Shown here piece after piece: positions 24,222 to 36,359 of a DNA stretch of 64,000 nt. A program made the position numbers and the translations under genes. Numbering within the stretch: the stretch's first letter is position 1; each line of letters starts with the position of its first letter. This DNA comes from Coniocarpon cinnabarinum (Eukaryota): the NCBI GenBank assembly GCA_051942205.1, contig JAVECO010000005.1, positions 186,001-250,000 of the forward strand. The letters run 5' to 3'. The notes under the pieces were generated by a model. The model saw only the letters and a list, made by a program, of their open reading frames with translations. It did no database searches and was not told the DNA's origin.

Positions 24222-25622
24222 ATGGCTTCTCTGCGCTCTATAATCTCTCCCTTCTACACCCTCCTTTGTATGACTTTCTCTTTACCTCTACTTATAATCT
24301 ACATTCCTCTTCTCTTTTTTTTCACCTATCCCCTGCCACAGAGAATGTAAGCTAGTCTATTGCATCCTCATCACTCACTCCAAGTCCGTAGCGCATCTCG
24401 TCTGACATCAATAGCATCTTCTATCTCTATCCCTTCCATTCCGGCTACTTCAGATCTCCCCGCAATCCCAGTAAAGTAATACCGAAACTCAACATCAACG
24501 CAGCACCCGCACTGCACGCCAGTGGCAACGACGGCAGCGCGTCAGACCTCAGCTCCTGCGTGATCCCCTTCACAATCACAACGCCCGATCGAGAATCCCT
24601 CTTCGCTTGGTTTCTCTGGCTCTCAGTCCCATGGCGTACTAACGTTGAGAAACGTTGCTTCCGAAGTCAGCTCCACCGCTTACTCACGGCATCTCCCAGC
24701 ACCGACGAGAACGCTGCACGCAGCGCAAGCGACAGCACAGAACCGGCGTTGCTTGACCAATTGAAGGGATCCAATACAAAATGCCTCATCTTCTTCCACG
24801 GCAACGCCGGCGACGTCGCCGAACCTGGCCGTATCAAATTCTATAACAAACTCCTGTCCACTTGTCCTGACACTGATCCCGCATTTCTCATCGCAGTCGA
24901 CTATCGCGGCTTCGGACAAAGCAGCGGTACGCCCACTGAATGCGGCTGTAGAACTGACGGCATCGCAACTGTATACTTTGCCCTTGATCGCCTCAAGATC
25001 CCAGCGCATCGCATTGTCCTCGTTGGTCATAGTCTGGGCACTGCGATAGCGACGGCGACGTACGAGTATTTTATAGCCCACACGGAGACACATCTCGGGG
25101 GATTAGTACTAGCAAGCGGTTTCACAGACGTGCCGTCTTTACTAACAGAGTATCGACTATTCGGTTTATTTCCAGTGCTGAAGCCCGTAGACATTGTGCC
25201 CGGACTGCTAAAGGGGTTCCAGAGTCTGATTATAGACAAGTGGGAGACTCGAAGCCGATTAATCACGGGCGTCAGAGACGCTGAAAGATGCAACGTCCTG
25301 ATTGTGCATGCGCGGAATGATGCAGAGATCCCATGCGTGCAATCTGAGCGGCTGTTTGATGCATGCGTGTGTTCACTGGACGGTTCATTGAAGGACAAGA
25401 TCGATGAAACGACCGAGAGAGAAGATGGATTGAGAAGAAAAAGGCTTGGGATGGGAACGAAAAAATCATTTCAGCTCATGCTTTTGCCACTTGGAGGTGA
25501 GTAACTAGCTGCATTAGCGTTGGACATCCACTGACTGACGTGTATCAGGACACAACGGCTCCATTATCGAGACGGACACATGTCATGCAATCTACGCCAT
25601 GTTTGACAACAGAAACACGTGA
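24222..25622 (+). CDS. ABHD12/ABHD13-like alpha/beta hydrolase with N-terminal TM (3 exons)
   Basis: FFHGNAG, DYRGFG.S.G.PTE.G, nucleophile GHSLG, HARND (Asp) and GGH (His, split by the last intron). Introns at 24347-24414 and about 25497-25548. Confidence 0.88.
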
Positions 25623-25798
25623 AGCGAGCTTCGATCTGTTTTGGATCGCCATGTAATCGGAAAATCGTATGAAATGCTATTTCTACAGGAAAGAATCCAA
25701 GAACGCTATGACGCCGATGCGTCATCAGCGATGCCTTTTGCTTCAGTTTCATCAGACGCTCAATGCAAGAAAAACGTGTCTCATGACACCTTGACTCA

Positions 25799-28078
25799 TC
25801 ACAAAGCCCATCCTCCAACCACGGGGCCTTTGGCGACCTCTTTCTTCGGATCTGCAAATGGCAAGGCAAAATCCAGCCGTGGCGGGGCATCTTTCTTATT
25901 TGGGCTGGGAGGCGCGCTCTTTTGCGGACTGGGAGGCGGCCCTTGCCTCACGTCGATGGTATCCCATCCGTCTTCGACGGCGGCGTCTACCCACGTGCGC
26001 AGGCCGGCGTGTACAGCGCCGTAAAATTTCTCTTTACACAGGCGCAGTGTACCACCCATGATCCGCTCGAAGCCACTGAATCGCAGCTCTTCGCGTAGCT
26101 TGTTGCGCTCCGACAACGTCGGCAGTGAGGCGATCAGGCCGTTCATAAGATCCAGGTGAAGCGCCAGATAATTCGTCGCTTCCCACTCAACGCCACCGAC
26201 ATAGGGTGCTGCTGGGACTGGAGGTCGTTCCTTTGGGAAATGCTTGACCACATAAGGCTCGTTGTGTGAAAGCTCATCCGCCTCAGTCACCGGTACTGTG
26301 TTGAGTTGGTGCAGAAATATCCAGAAGACCTCTTTCGTGACGTTTCTGAGCTCCTTGCACCATCGCTGGTATGGCCGAGGCTTCGACATTTTTGTGATGA
26401 ACTCGGCGGGTTGCTCATCTGCTGGCTTGACGAAGGCAGACAGATACCGTAGCACAGTCCTAGCGCGGATCTGAAGCTCTGTTGAAGAAGCTGCGGAGAG
26501 ATGTTCGAAGAAGAGATGGATGATGATGCTCCGTGTTCCGTACTCCGCGGGTCCACGACGTTCTTCATCGAATAGCATCTGAAGCAGCTCTGGAAAGAAG
26601 GGTTCTTGAAGCTCGTTCAATCTGCCCAGTGCTCGCTTGGTTGTGCAGAGACCCTTCAGGCAGAGCAATGTTTCATGGAGCAGGATATCCTCGTGCTCCT
26701 CACTGCGCCATGTTAGTGCATATCACGCACAGTGAATACTCACGGGACAATCATACCGCCATTCGATCTTCATGATCCTGCGAAGCATGTCAACCAACGC
26801 GTCCATACCTCCCTCCGCTACAAAGTCATCGACCCAAGAGATTGACTCATGGCGCAGCAAACGCCGAAGCTTCTGCACACGGCCAACCTCGATTTTCTCA
26901 AGTGAACCTGACGACCTGATAGTATTGACATACGCATCTGGTTCCAAGCGGCGTTGGCTGTCTTCGGAGTCTCTTGAGTTGTCAACGGTATTCATAGCTA
27001 CGGAGAGCGAAGATGGGTTCTTGAGCGAGATCAGCGAGCGAGGTCGTGATTGTGATCTTGGCTTCTTCGACCAGTCACGTCTGTTAAACGCAAAGGTGCG
27101 GCTTCGAGACCTGGACTTCCTCTTGGTCGGTGAGCCTGCAGCTTCCTCGACGCTAGACATGTCCCCATCAACACGATTGCGGTCATCCCTACGTCCGCGT
27201 GGTGTCCGACCTTCGTCCGTCGGGGCCTTAATTGGACTTTGAGATCTCCTAGTTCCGTCCTCCGAAGTGGGTCTTTCGAGTAAGTTGCCGACTTTGTTGT
27301 CATTCTTAATGAAGTCGCGCTTGATGCTTATGTCCAGACTCCTCATTTTTGAGCGTCGATTCTCAGGTATGTTCCTGGCGGCAAGTACATTTTCAAAGGC
27401 TTCGTCCAGTGCCTGTCCTTTCAATTCTGGCTCTCTTGCCCCACGGACAGGACTTTTGTTTTCTTCTCCGAGCTCTGGAGTATCATGCTGCGCCAGAGAC
27501 GTCTTGATGGGAGTGCATCGACTGGCGGGCCGTGATCGCTGGCCGGTAATAGGCGGGGCCGGGGCAAGACTGTAAGGCTTTGAAGGGAAATATGGGTTCG
27601 AGCTATTGCGGCTTTGCTGTGATTCTCGGGAGCTGTTGCTGCAGTGCTGTTCAAGCCTCGCGAAATCCTTCAAAGGCTGAGTCGAGAACTCGGCCCAAAT
27701 CGGGGTATATGGCTCTTCGTGCCGTGACCGAGGGGGTGTTTTGTTTTCCTTGTCGCTAGGTGCGAAGCTACGCTGTGGCGATAGCAACTGACACTCCGCT
27801 GGACTCAAAGGGGTGTCGGGCTCTGTCCAGAAATCCACCTCCGACTTTTGCTTCTTTAATGTCTTCTTTTTGGGTGACTTGCTTGGGCTTTGGGAGCCTA
27901 TCTCTCCCAACGCTCGTGATTCCGTGGAGCTGCTTTGACTCTTGCTTGGAGATCTTGACGCATCTTCAGAGACCTTCTTGGGCGACGAGGACTTGCTGGG
28001 GCTGATAATGCTTTTGAGAATGGTGGCTGACTTGCTTCGCGAATGAGCCTTGGTTGGTGACAACGGAGGTCGATCCAT
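25799..28078 (-). CDS. Formin GTPase-binding (Drf_GBD/FH3-like) domain protein lacking FH1/FH2 (intron 26756-26703)
   Basis: FENVLAARNIPE..RSKMRSL, LRRLLRHESISWVDDF..EGG, IEWREEHED.LLHETLLCLKGLCTT and APYVGGVEWEATNY. Confidence 0.82.
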
Positions 28079-28635
28079 TGTGAGCCCCAACAACTGAGTT
28101 TACAGCTTCGACTATCAGAGACTGTGACAAAATGCACTAGATGTCCATGATGCTTTTCGTGAGCCCTGCATTGACGTCAAAGGCTTGCAGGAAAGACATT
28201 TGTTTACCTGGTCGTCAGGCTGGCAACCGGAGTCGCGGGGATAAGATCTTCACACGTCCGCCACTAGCTGGACGCCATCTCAGCTTAAGGCGTGATAGTT
28301 CACCACAATGTCAGATGCCCAGACTTTCAGACTGTGCTCTCGGGGGCCAATGTCCCTCATCCTACTTCAGTCTAGGCGAAAGAGGAGGACGAAGAGACAA
28401 GACGGCGACGGGCACCCACACCTGCGGATGACTTCCCTCGACTTCGACCAGATGAATAATAGATCCCGAATCAAACTGCGCCATCCACGATAATCCATTC
28501 TACCACCCTTTTGACAAACTTTAGATAAAGATCTCGAGGCCAACCTTTCCCGCGTCCTAGGTTCCTATTTCATCTCTCTAATTCTCTCTCTTCTCTCTCC
28601 ATCTCTTATTGCACGTCCACGCCTCTCCACGCACG

Positions 28636-30342
28636 ATGCCTCTCACAGTCCTCTCCGACGATGACGTCCGCACCGTGCTCGAAGGCCTCTCCAAAGGTGA
28701 TGTGCACGATATGCACTGCGCCCTTGCCGACGCCCTGCATAGCTACTCCACCTCCACCGAGCCTGCGTCTTCCGGATGCTGTTCATCCAACCAGCCAAAA
28801 CGTCTCCAAGTCAAGCTGACTAGCGGTGCCACCACCCTCTTCATGCCTTCAGTCGCAGACAATGGCGTTGGAATCAAGGTCGTCACACTCTCAGAGGGCA
28901 CCGACATCAGGGGCCAGACTAAGAATCTGCCCAACCGAGGCGCAGAGAGCCCAGTGCCCTCGTCGCCTGTCTCTGCTCGCTCTCCCACGATATCGCGAGA
29001 TTCAACCACCTCTGGCAGCGAGACGCCGCGCTCCCACTCTCCTTCGCTCCGGCAGAGCACCACCAACACGTCCACGTCCTCAGCTTCGAATATCACTCTT
29101 GCACATCGCTCGAGCACATCGAGCACGAACTCCTCCTCCCTTCGCTCCTCCATCACGCAGCCGTCTGGCTCCAATGTTCCCCTTCCCTCGCCCAGCAGCC
29201 CCCAACGTGCCTCCCACGCCTCTTCAACGTCTCCAACTGGCACTCTCACACTTCTCACCCCCGAAGGCCACCCGCGCGCTATTCTATCTGCGTCGACCCT
29301 CACAGCCTTCCGCACCGCCCTCGCCAGCACCTTCCTCCTCATGAAACGCCGCCACTGCCATTCCCTCACCGTCTTCGGCGCCGGCCGCCAAGCCGAATGG
29401 CACATCAACCTCGCGCTCCTCCTCCGCGGCCAAGAAATCCACCATCTCTACCTCATCAACCGCTCCTTCGAGCGCGCCGGCCAACTTTACAAATCCCTCG
29501 CCGAACAGCGCAACGCCAAGATCCAGTCCATCTTCCTCGAAGGCAAACTCCGCCCGGAAATCCTCACGCCCGATTTTGTCGAATACTCGCGCCTTGCAAA
29601 AGAGGCTGTCAGAAGCTCCGACGTGATTTTCTGCTGCACGCCGAGCACGGAGCCGCTGTTTCCGCACTCGTGGCTCACGAACACGGAAGGCCGCAAGAAG
29701 GCGCGGTACATCGCGGCCATCGGCTCGTATAAACCGCACATGGCCGAGTTGCCGGTCGAAATCTTACAGCAGGCGGTCCGCTCCCCAGATCACGGCTCCC
29801 ATCACATCGTCCACGCCAAGGCCGCGTCCGAAGGCGGCGCCGTCGTGGTCGACACAATCGAGGGCGCCATGCGCGAAGCGGGCGAGATCATCCGCTCGGG
29901 CATCGGCGGCCAGGGGGTCGTCGAGCTGGGCGAGCTCGTCATGTTAAAACGAAGCCACTGGGTGGAGAAGCACGAGCGGGAAGAGAAAGAACGCCAGCGT
30001 CGGGAGCGCGCGGGCGGCGCGAAAGACGAAGGCGGCGGCCATGGGATTAGTCATCTCTTTCGGAAGGGGGCCAGCAAGCGGAATGATAGTGTCGATAAGC
30101 GGCGACGCGGGAGTGGAAGTGGAGAGGCGAGCTCGCGACGGAATAGTAGAAGTCGCTCGAGGAATCCGAGGGAGGGGATGGAGGTTGAGGTTAGTGATGG
30201 GGGATTGCAGGAGTGGTTGCAGAGGGGGAATGTGGTGTATAAGAGTGTGGGGATCGGGTTGATGGATGTGGTTGTGGGGTTGGAGATTGTGCGGTTGGCG
30301 GAGGAGCGAGGGATTGGGACCACTTTTGAGGGGTTCAACTAG
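28636..30342 (+). CDS. Ornithine cyclodeaminase/mu-crystallin family protein (PrnX-like)
   Basis: TTLFMPS...GIKVV, LTAFRTALAS, VFGAGRQAEWH, IFCCTPS..PLF, IAAIGSYKPHM.E, EAGE and VYKSVGIGLMD. Confidence 0.9.
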   Translation: MPLTVLSDDDVRTVLEGLSKGDVHDMHCALADALHSYSTSTEPASSGCCSSNQPKRLQVKLTSGATTLFMPSVADNGVGIKVVTLSEGTDIRGQTKNLPNRGAESPVPSSPVSARSPTISRDSTTSGSETPRSHSPSLRQSTTNTSTSSASNITLAHRSSTSSTNSSSLRSSITQPSGSNVPLPSPSSPQRASHASSTSPTGTLTLLTPEGHPRAILSASTLTAFRTALASTFLLMKRRHCHSLTVFGAGRQAEWHINLALLLRGQEIHHLYLINRSFERAGQLYKSLAEQRNAKIQSIFLEGKLRPEILTPDFVEYSRLAKEAVRSSDVIFCCTPSTEPLFPHSWLTNTEGRKKARYIAAIGSYKPHMAELPVEILQQAVRSPDHGSHHIVHAKAASEGGAVVVDTIEGAMREAGEIIRSGIGGQGVVELGELVMLKRSHWVEKHEREEKERQRRERAGGAKDEGGGHGISHLFRKGASKRNDSVDKRRRGSGSGEASSRRNSRSRSRNPREGMEVEVSDGGLQEWLQRGNVVYKSVGIGLMDVVVGLEIVRLAEERGIGTTFEGFN

Positions 30343-31271
30343 GTGGTGTGGATATGGAGGAGTGGTACTGGGAGCGGGCGGTATGGAAGGAATAGAAGTG
30401 GGAGGGAAGCGAGGGGAAGGGAGGAATGGTGGGAAGATGGGCAGAGCAAGGATCATGCGCTATGAGATACGAATACGGAACATGATAGATGTGTCGATAC
30501 GTGATGAAGACTTGAAAGACTAAAGATATAAGTGTCAGCGCAAGCTTCAAGGAGGCAATACTGCTTAATAGCGAATTTCAGCTCTTTCTCGTAAGTCCCA
30601 ACACACCGCAAGGGCCACTCAGGATAGTACGTGCCGCACTACAACTCAGCGTCTTATCAGTCACAAGCGGCTATCGCGGTTGTACTGTGGGGTTGTGACC
30701 TTGATCTAGCCTTCACCTGTCATGTCTGTGAATAAGAATCGGACTGTGCTATGCAACAACGTCGCCATGTCCCAGCATCTCTTGAACACTCGACTCTCTG
30801 CGTTAATATCACTTGGATCGCAATGGGATCGCGCTTGTCCTAGACAAAATGGTGTGGAATTGCAGGAAATTATGCCGCTGTTTCGCAGATCTCACATCGT
30901 GTCGGTACACGATCTTGCGCATTTGCAGACTGTCTGCTCTTTTCCGGCGGGTACGGAGAGCATTGTTGCCGATGGGCAATGGCCAGACTCGTCTGGGTGC
31001 CGTGTCCACCAATTTCGCACGGCGTTGTGGCGTACCCATCGGGTTTATTCCACGACGACAAGTCCGTCGTCGATAGCCACTCGTTAGCACCCCTGCGCAG
31101 ACCAGCGGTCAATATGCTGGTCTGACGGAAGCGACTGTATGACCGCGGATACTGTGAATCGAGAGGTGACTGAGTAGCTCGTACCGCTGAATTTGAAGTA
31201 GAGTTGGCTGCTGAGTCGACGACCATAACGGCGTGTAGTGTTTGATAGTCAGAAGCGCTCGCCAGCCCTCT

Positions 31272-32207
31272 TCAATCAACGCCCTCATCCTGGAACCCAC
31301 CTCCGGTTCCAGCGTCTTTCGTACCCATTGCGCCCTTGCTCTCCTCGAGCCGTCCACTCTTCCACCTCTCCGCCTCTTTCTCCACATCCCCCTTCTCCAC
31401 AAGCGCAAATCTTACCACAAACAACTCCCCTCCTTTCCGCGTCTTCAACACATACCGTAAAGGCTGCCCATCCCAAAACTTCATCATCCCCAAGCTAAAC
31501 CCGGGCAACTTCAAAGCAAACTCATTGAAATCCAAGTACGGGTTGAAAAAATCGCAACGGTATTCGAGTCCCTTCGCTTCGTCACTGTTCAGACTGAAAG
31601 CTCTTCTGTTATCTTCGTTGAGGAAGTATTTTCGGCGACCGCCCACGTCGGAGGGGATGTTGTGTTTTTGTCGCAATGCCAAGCCTCGCTCTGCGCCGCC
31701 CTCGTGGAGATCAGAGGGGTCGAGAGGATCAGACGAGGGCGGTGAAAGATTCAGGATGTTGATGGAGCTGAACAGCGGGCCGAAGAGATATGGTTGATCC
31801 GCGTAGGGATCACCCTCAATGCCGGGATCAATCGCGCTCTTCACAATTTTCAGCGCTGTCCCCGTACCCCAAGGAAGGGAGTCTCGGATCGGTTCATCGA
31901 AATCATTGCCGAATAGCAGATCATCTGCTGTCAACTCTTCACCTGTGTCCTTCAGCGTAAAGCGAAACGCGATCGAGTATAGATCAGACGTGTGTGGTTT
32001 CTTTTCGAAGTAGGCACATGTTGAGGGCGAGTTGAGGGGGAGGCCGCGATAGTTCTTGATGCGGACGGAGAGGTGGCAGGAGATTTTGGGGGAATCGATC
32101 GAAGTTTCGGTGGGGTCGTTGACGGGGATTAGTTTGTGGGTTGAGACGTCATAAAAGGGGCCAGCGGTGACGAGGAGGGCGTATGTGGAGGGAGAGGGCT
32201 CGGACAT
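31272..32207 (-). CDS. DUF1769 family protein
   Basis: LLVTAGP.YD, VRIKNYRGLP, DLLFGNDFDEPIRD.LP, IDPGIEGDPYAD.PYL, DFFNPYLDF and QPLRYVLK. Confidence 0.85.
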   Translation of the reverse strand: MSEPSPSTYALLVTAGPFYDVSTHKLIPVNDPTETSIDSPKISCHLSVRIKNYRGLPLNSPSTCAYFEKKPHTSDLYSIAFRFTLKDTGEELTADDLLFGNDFDEPIRDSLPWGTGTALKIVKSAIDPGIEGDPYADQPYLFGPLFSSINILNLSPPSSDPLDPSDLHEGGAERGLALRQKHNIPSDVGGRRKYFLNEDNRRAFSLNSDEAKGLEYRCDFFNPYLDFNEFALKLPGFSLGMMKFWDGQPLRYVLKTRKGGELFVVRFALVEKGDVEKEAERWKSGRLEESKGAMGTKDAGTGGGFQDEGVD

Positions 32208-33440
32208 GTTGTGTGAGGAGCTGTGCGATGAGCAATGAGTGTCAGCGCTGCTCAAAGCAAGTCCGAAACGTGAATGTTGTCGAGGGTGCTTGGGCACCGC
32301 GATCAATGGGAGATTTGAGATAGATCTCATATTCACATGCATGAGATCGTCATCCCATCCAATGTCGAGCGGTGCCGGAAACTAGAGCCAAAGAAGGCAA
32401 ACTTTTCGGTCCGCTTTTTTCCGAACTCCGCTGGCAATGACTGAGGTATGGTACCAGAAATCATGGCGCAAATGTTACAGCACAAATATGACCTGATTCT
32501 CTCAAGTTTTGAATTTCTTGAGCAAATACTAGACGTACTTTTACTCGATCAGTCTGACTATAGAATAGACGAGCATTTCTATACGCCGTGACTTATGCGA
32601 CTAAACTTTAGACGAGTGATTAAGCCCATTCAAGCACTTCTGCATGAAACTTATGTTCGGATTTAGCAGTATCATGGAAGTCAAGAGTTGTTCGCTGAAT
32701 AGGAGGGGGGTGTGAGCGGGCAGCCGACGGAATAACAAGTGGAAGTCTCAGGTATCGGTCTATGCCATGCGGAATGATGGCAGTCAAGCAGCGCCTTTAC
32801 CCACGGCTGCTTATGATTATGATTCTCGATTCACAGCAGAAATATCGAGTCTCGAACACTTCGAACAAGCGTGTTCGGTCGTTCGCGAGGGTACGATAGC
32901 GAGACTGCACGGAAGATTTTCCAGTGTTTGGGCTGTGTCACAGCCTTGAAACGAATACATCAGAAGCTTGTCGCTTGAGAGCCTTCGGAAGTGCAGCGAG
33001 AGCTTCACAAGCGGTCAGCTATCCACTGTTATGCTTGGATATGTCTCCAAGCGAACTCGCTGTTCCGGTATGAATTGCTGGCGTGCGAGGCTCCGCGTAT
33101 GCGAAAGGTCTGCGTCTTCGTTGCGACAAATCGTTTTCTCAGGATCAACATGTCCGCTAACGATGTTGACCGTGTCCACTGTGCTCAAGCGAGTCGTCTG
33201 AGTTCGATTCCCTTCGAATACCTTGCACAATACACCACGGGAACCTTTCCTACCACCTTTCGCAGCCGCTAGTACGTTCACTAATGCTGCATTGGTCTGG
33301 CTGTCTAGGTCTTGTGGGGCCAGTGAAAGACCTTACTCCTCATGCAGGTGCAACTTAGACACGACTTGCACTGTTCTTGCACTCACAGTGTAGTGTGATC
33401 TTTAACAAAGTCCAAAAGATTTCGTCCTATATCCGTGTTT

Positions 33441-35428
33441 TCATGTTTTGACTGATAGATGATACGTGTCCAATTGATCTGCAGTGAACTTTGACGGTGA
33501 CTTGACGAGCAAGTCATCACCTCGAGCGCTTTTTGGAAAGGCAATAACATCGCGAATGCTTGCTCTGTCGAGCATGGTCGCAATTAGTCGATCAAATCCG
33601 ATTGCGAATCCAGCATGAGGCGGGCAGCCTGCTCTCAACACATCGAGCAAATGCTCAAAGTCGGCAACTCTTTCTTCTGACATCTTGAGAACGTGCCGTA
33701 GCACGTGCTCTTGTAAACGGGCATCGTGAATACGACGGCTCCCTCCGCCGAGCTCGACGCCGTTGAGAACCAGGTCGTAATGATCTGCTTTTGCCTGTAG
33801 GGGATCTACCTCCAGAAGCTCGACGTCTTCCGCGGATCCAGGAGACGTGAAAGGGTGATGTGTTGAAGCGATTCCGGCAGCACCTCCTTGTCCCGGATCT
33901 GACCCCAACCCAATGCTTGTGAACAAGGGAAACTGGTTCACCCAAAGGAAGTCCCATCCAGATGCAGGTTCTAACAATTCTTCAGCAACGGCAGCTCTGT
34001 GCAAGTCTCGGCGGAGCAATCCTAGCATGGTCGAGCCTCCACTGAATGGCTCATTGCGTCTTGCTTGCATCACTATCAGATCGCCCTCCTCTAATTGCAA
34101 TGTCTCTTCAAGTTGCTCAGCAGCCTCGAAGCCAAGGGACATCAGCCCTCCCAATGGTTGAGTCGAGCTGTAGACAAAAATACCTGGTTGTCCATCGGGA
34201 TTAGCGTGGTACGGCTCTGCAGTCGCGGAGTCCATGAAGCGAGTAATAAACTTCTTCGTCTGCGACGGATCATCGAGTGTCAGCTTAATTACATCGACGA
34301 TCGGATCCAATATGGGGGTGATCTTGGCTACGAGATCGACAGGCAGCATGTGGCCAACACGCTGGATCTCCATGCCAAGACGAGTGTCTGGCTTATCTAT
34401 GCCGTATATTGACATTGCAGATTCGTAGTCAAGCCGAGGAAAGTCGTTCGGCCCCAAATCATAATCCAAAGTCTGTTTCCAAAGCTTCTTGACGAGCCTC
34501 TCGACGATTGCCATGACGTCTTCACCAGTCGCGAACGCCATTTCCAGATCAAGCTGACTGAACTCAGGTTGACGATCAGCCCGATGATCTTCATCTCGAA
34601 AGCACTTTGCAAATTGGAAATAGCGAGGTATGCCACTCGCCATGAGTATTTGCTTGTACTGCTGCGGACTTTGGGGAAGAGCATAGCCATGCCCTTTGCT
34701 TCTGGTAGGGACTATGAATTCCCTCGCTCCCTCAGGAGTCGACTTGAACAGGAGTGGGGTTTCCACCTCCACAAACATGTCGTCGCAAAGGATGTTCCTA
34801 CAATGACGCGCGACATCAGCTCGGAACCGCAACGCTGAGCGGAGGTCAGGGTTCTGCTTGATTTGCAAATGGCGAAATTGCGGCGGGATATTCGACGCAT
34901 GCATCAGATCCTGCTGCGGCGCGTCATTTAGCGCAACGAGATCTGACACGAGTACTTCGACCTGCTCATGCCTCCGCGAGGTAGATTGAGGCTTTTGCTG
35001 CTTGGGCTGGACTTTGCGCTGGACTTTGCCAAAAACAGCTACAGGAGCGTGCTGATGCAGCGTTTTGAAAAGCGCGTGCTGAGGAGAAGTGGCATCTTCG
35101 ACCTTGGACGTGAGCTGCACGGAGTGGTCCAAATCGATGCTTATCAAAGGACAGAAGGAGAGGCCCTTTGTCAAGTCGGAGCGGGAGCCCAAGTAGCCGT
35201 GAAGCACGACATCCTGGCCGATGTGACCTTCGTTTAGATCCCTGACATGAGTGCTGGCTTTTGGTAAGTGAAACGAGGCAGCACTATGATGGCTGCCTCG
35301 ACGAGTTCTACCTGCACATCAGCGAATGGTAGGGGTGACACGCGATTAGCCACGCCAAACGTGTGGAAGGGCATGCTTCGTCCCCAAAGAGCAGGGCGAG
35401 CAGGACCATGGCAAGAGGAGGCGCGCAT
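33441..35428 (-). CDS. MSD1: Mitochondrial aspartyl-tRNA synthetase; 5' exon boundary uncertain
   Basis: Class II motifs VETPLLFKSTPEGAREF, ALPQSPQQYKQ, CFRDED.RADRQPEF.QLDLE and CPPHAGFAIGFDRL. The frame stays open upstream to a GCTGAT...CAG acceptor near 35312. Confidence 0.92.
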
Positions 35429-35795
35429 TTGCGTTTAAGGCGAAAGCAGGGCGGGGCGGAGCTTCGACTTACAGCTCATCTCGATTGCATATGCGGCCCC
35501 TGAGGCGAGCGCCTGGTGCGGGTGGGACAGGGGCAAAAGCGTGGCGAAACCGACGACAGATGACATTTGCCACTGGCGTCAGTCTGTTCATGAGCCGCGG
35601 CAGGCCTGAAGAAAGTGACGTGGACGTAAGAAGAAGAGCAAACAAGACGGTTCTGTTTGTAAATATGGGAGCTACGTTGTAGGTGGTGATAGTCGAATAC
35701 AAAAAGGTGGGCCGCCGTGTCCGCCCCTCGCTGTCTCTGCGCCTCCGCGAATGTCAGAACACGTGACCAAGGGCGAGTGTCCTTTTGTGTGCACA

Positions 35796-35960
35796 CTCCT
35801 CCACACCCTCCACCCTCCACCTCCAAACTCGCCCGCGCTCTGCTCGCCTCCTCCACTCACTCACTCCTCTCTCCTCTCTTCGCCTGCCTCGCCCACCACC
35901 ACACACGCTCCTTCTCTTTCTCCCCCATCTCCACTCTCCACTCTCCTGCTTCTCCTTCTG
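35796..35960 (+). promoter_or_regulatory. CT-rich pyrimidine tract in the divergent MSD1/CDC4 promoter
   Basis: Long C/T-rich run typical of filamentous-fungal core promoters, upstream of CDC4. Confidence 0.45.
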
Positions 35961-36359
35961 CTTGCTGCGCTGCTGGCCGAGTCATCCCAGCACGCCCATC
36001 GCCCCTCTCCCAGCTTCGACTCTTGTGCGGAGACTTTTCCCGGCCCTGCCACGCCCTGCCCCGTCTTACACGCTTCGCCGAAGCCGCCAACCTTCACTTG
36101 GTCTTGTCAACGTTCTCGACTTCATTCACCATCTTCGACGCGTCGAGCAGGCTAACAACCGCTTTTGCATTAGCGGTGCTTTGGACAACCTGCCCTTAAC
36201 GCGTAGCACTTCTTTCAGACTTGATCCGCGTCTCCACCGCGTTTAATATCTGCGGCATCCTGCACATGGTTGTCTCTCGAAGCTCTCCACAATCACAACC
36301 AACAACTCCGAAAACCTGCAACTGCATTCACCCATTGTTACTTCAGAAGACTTGCTGCC

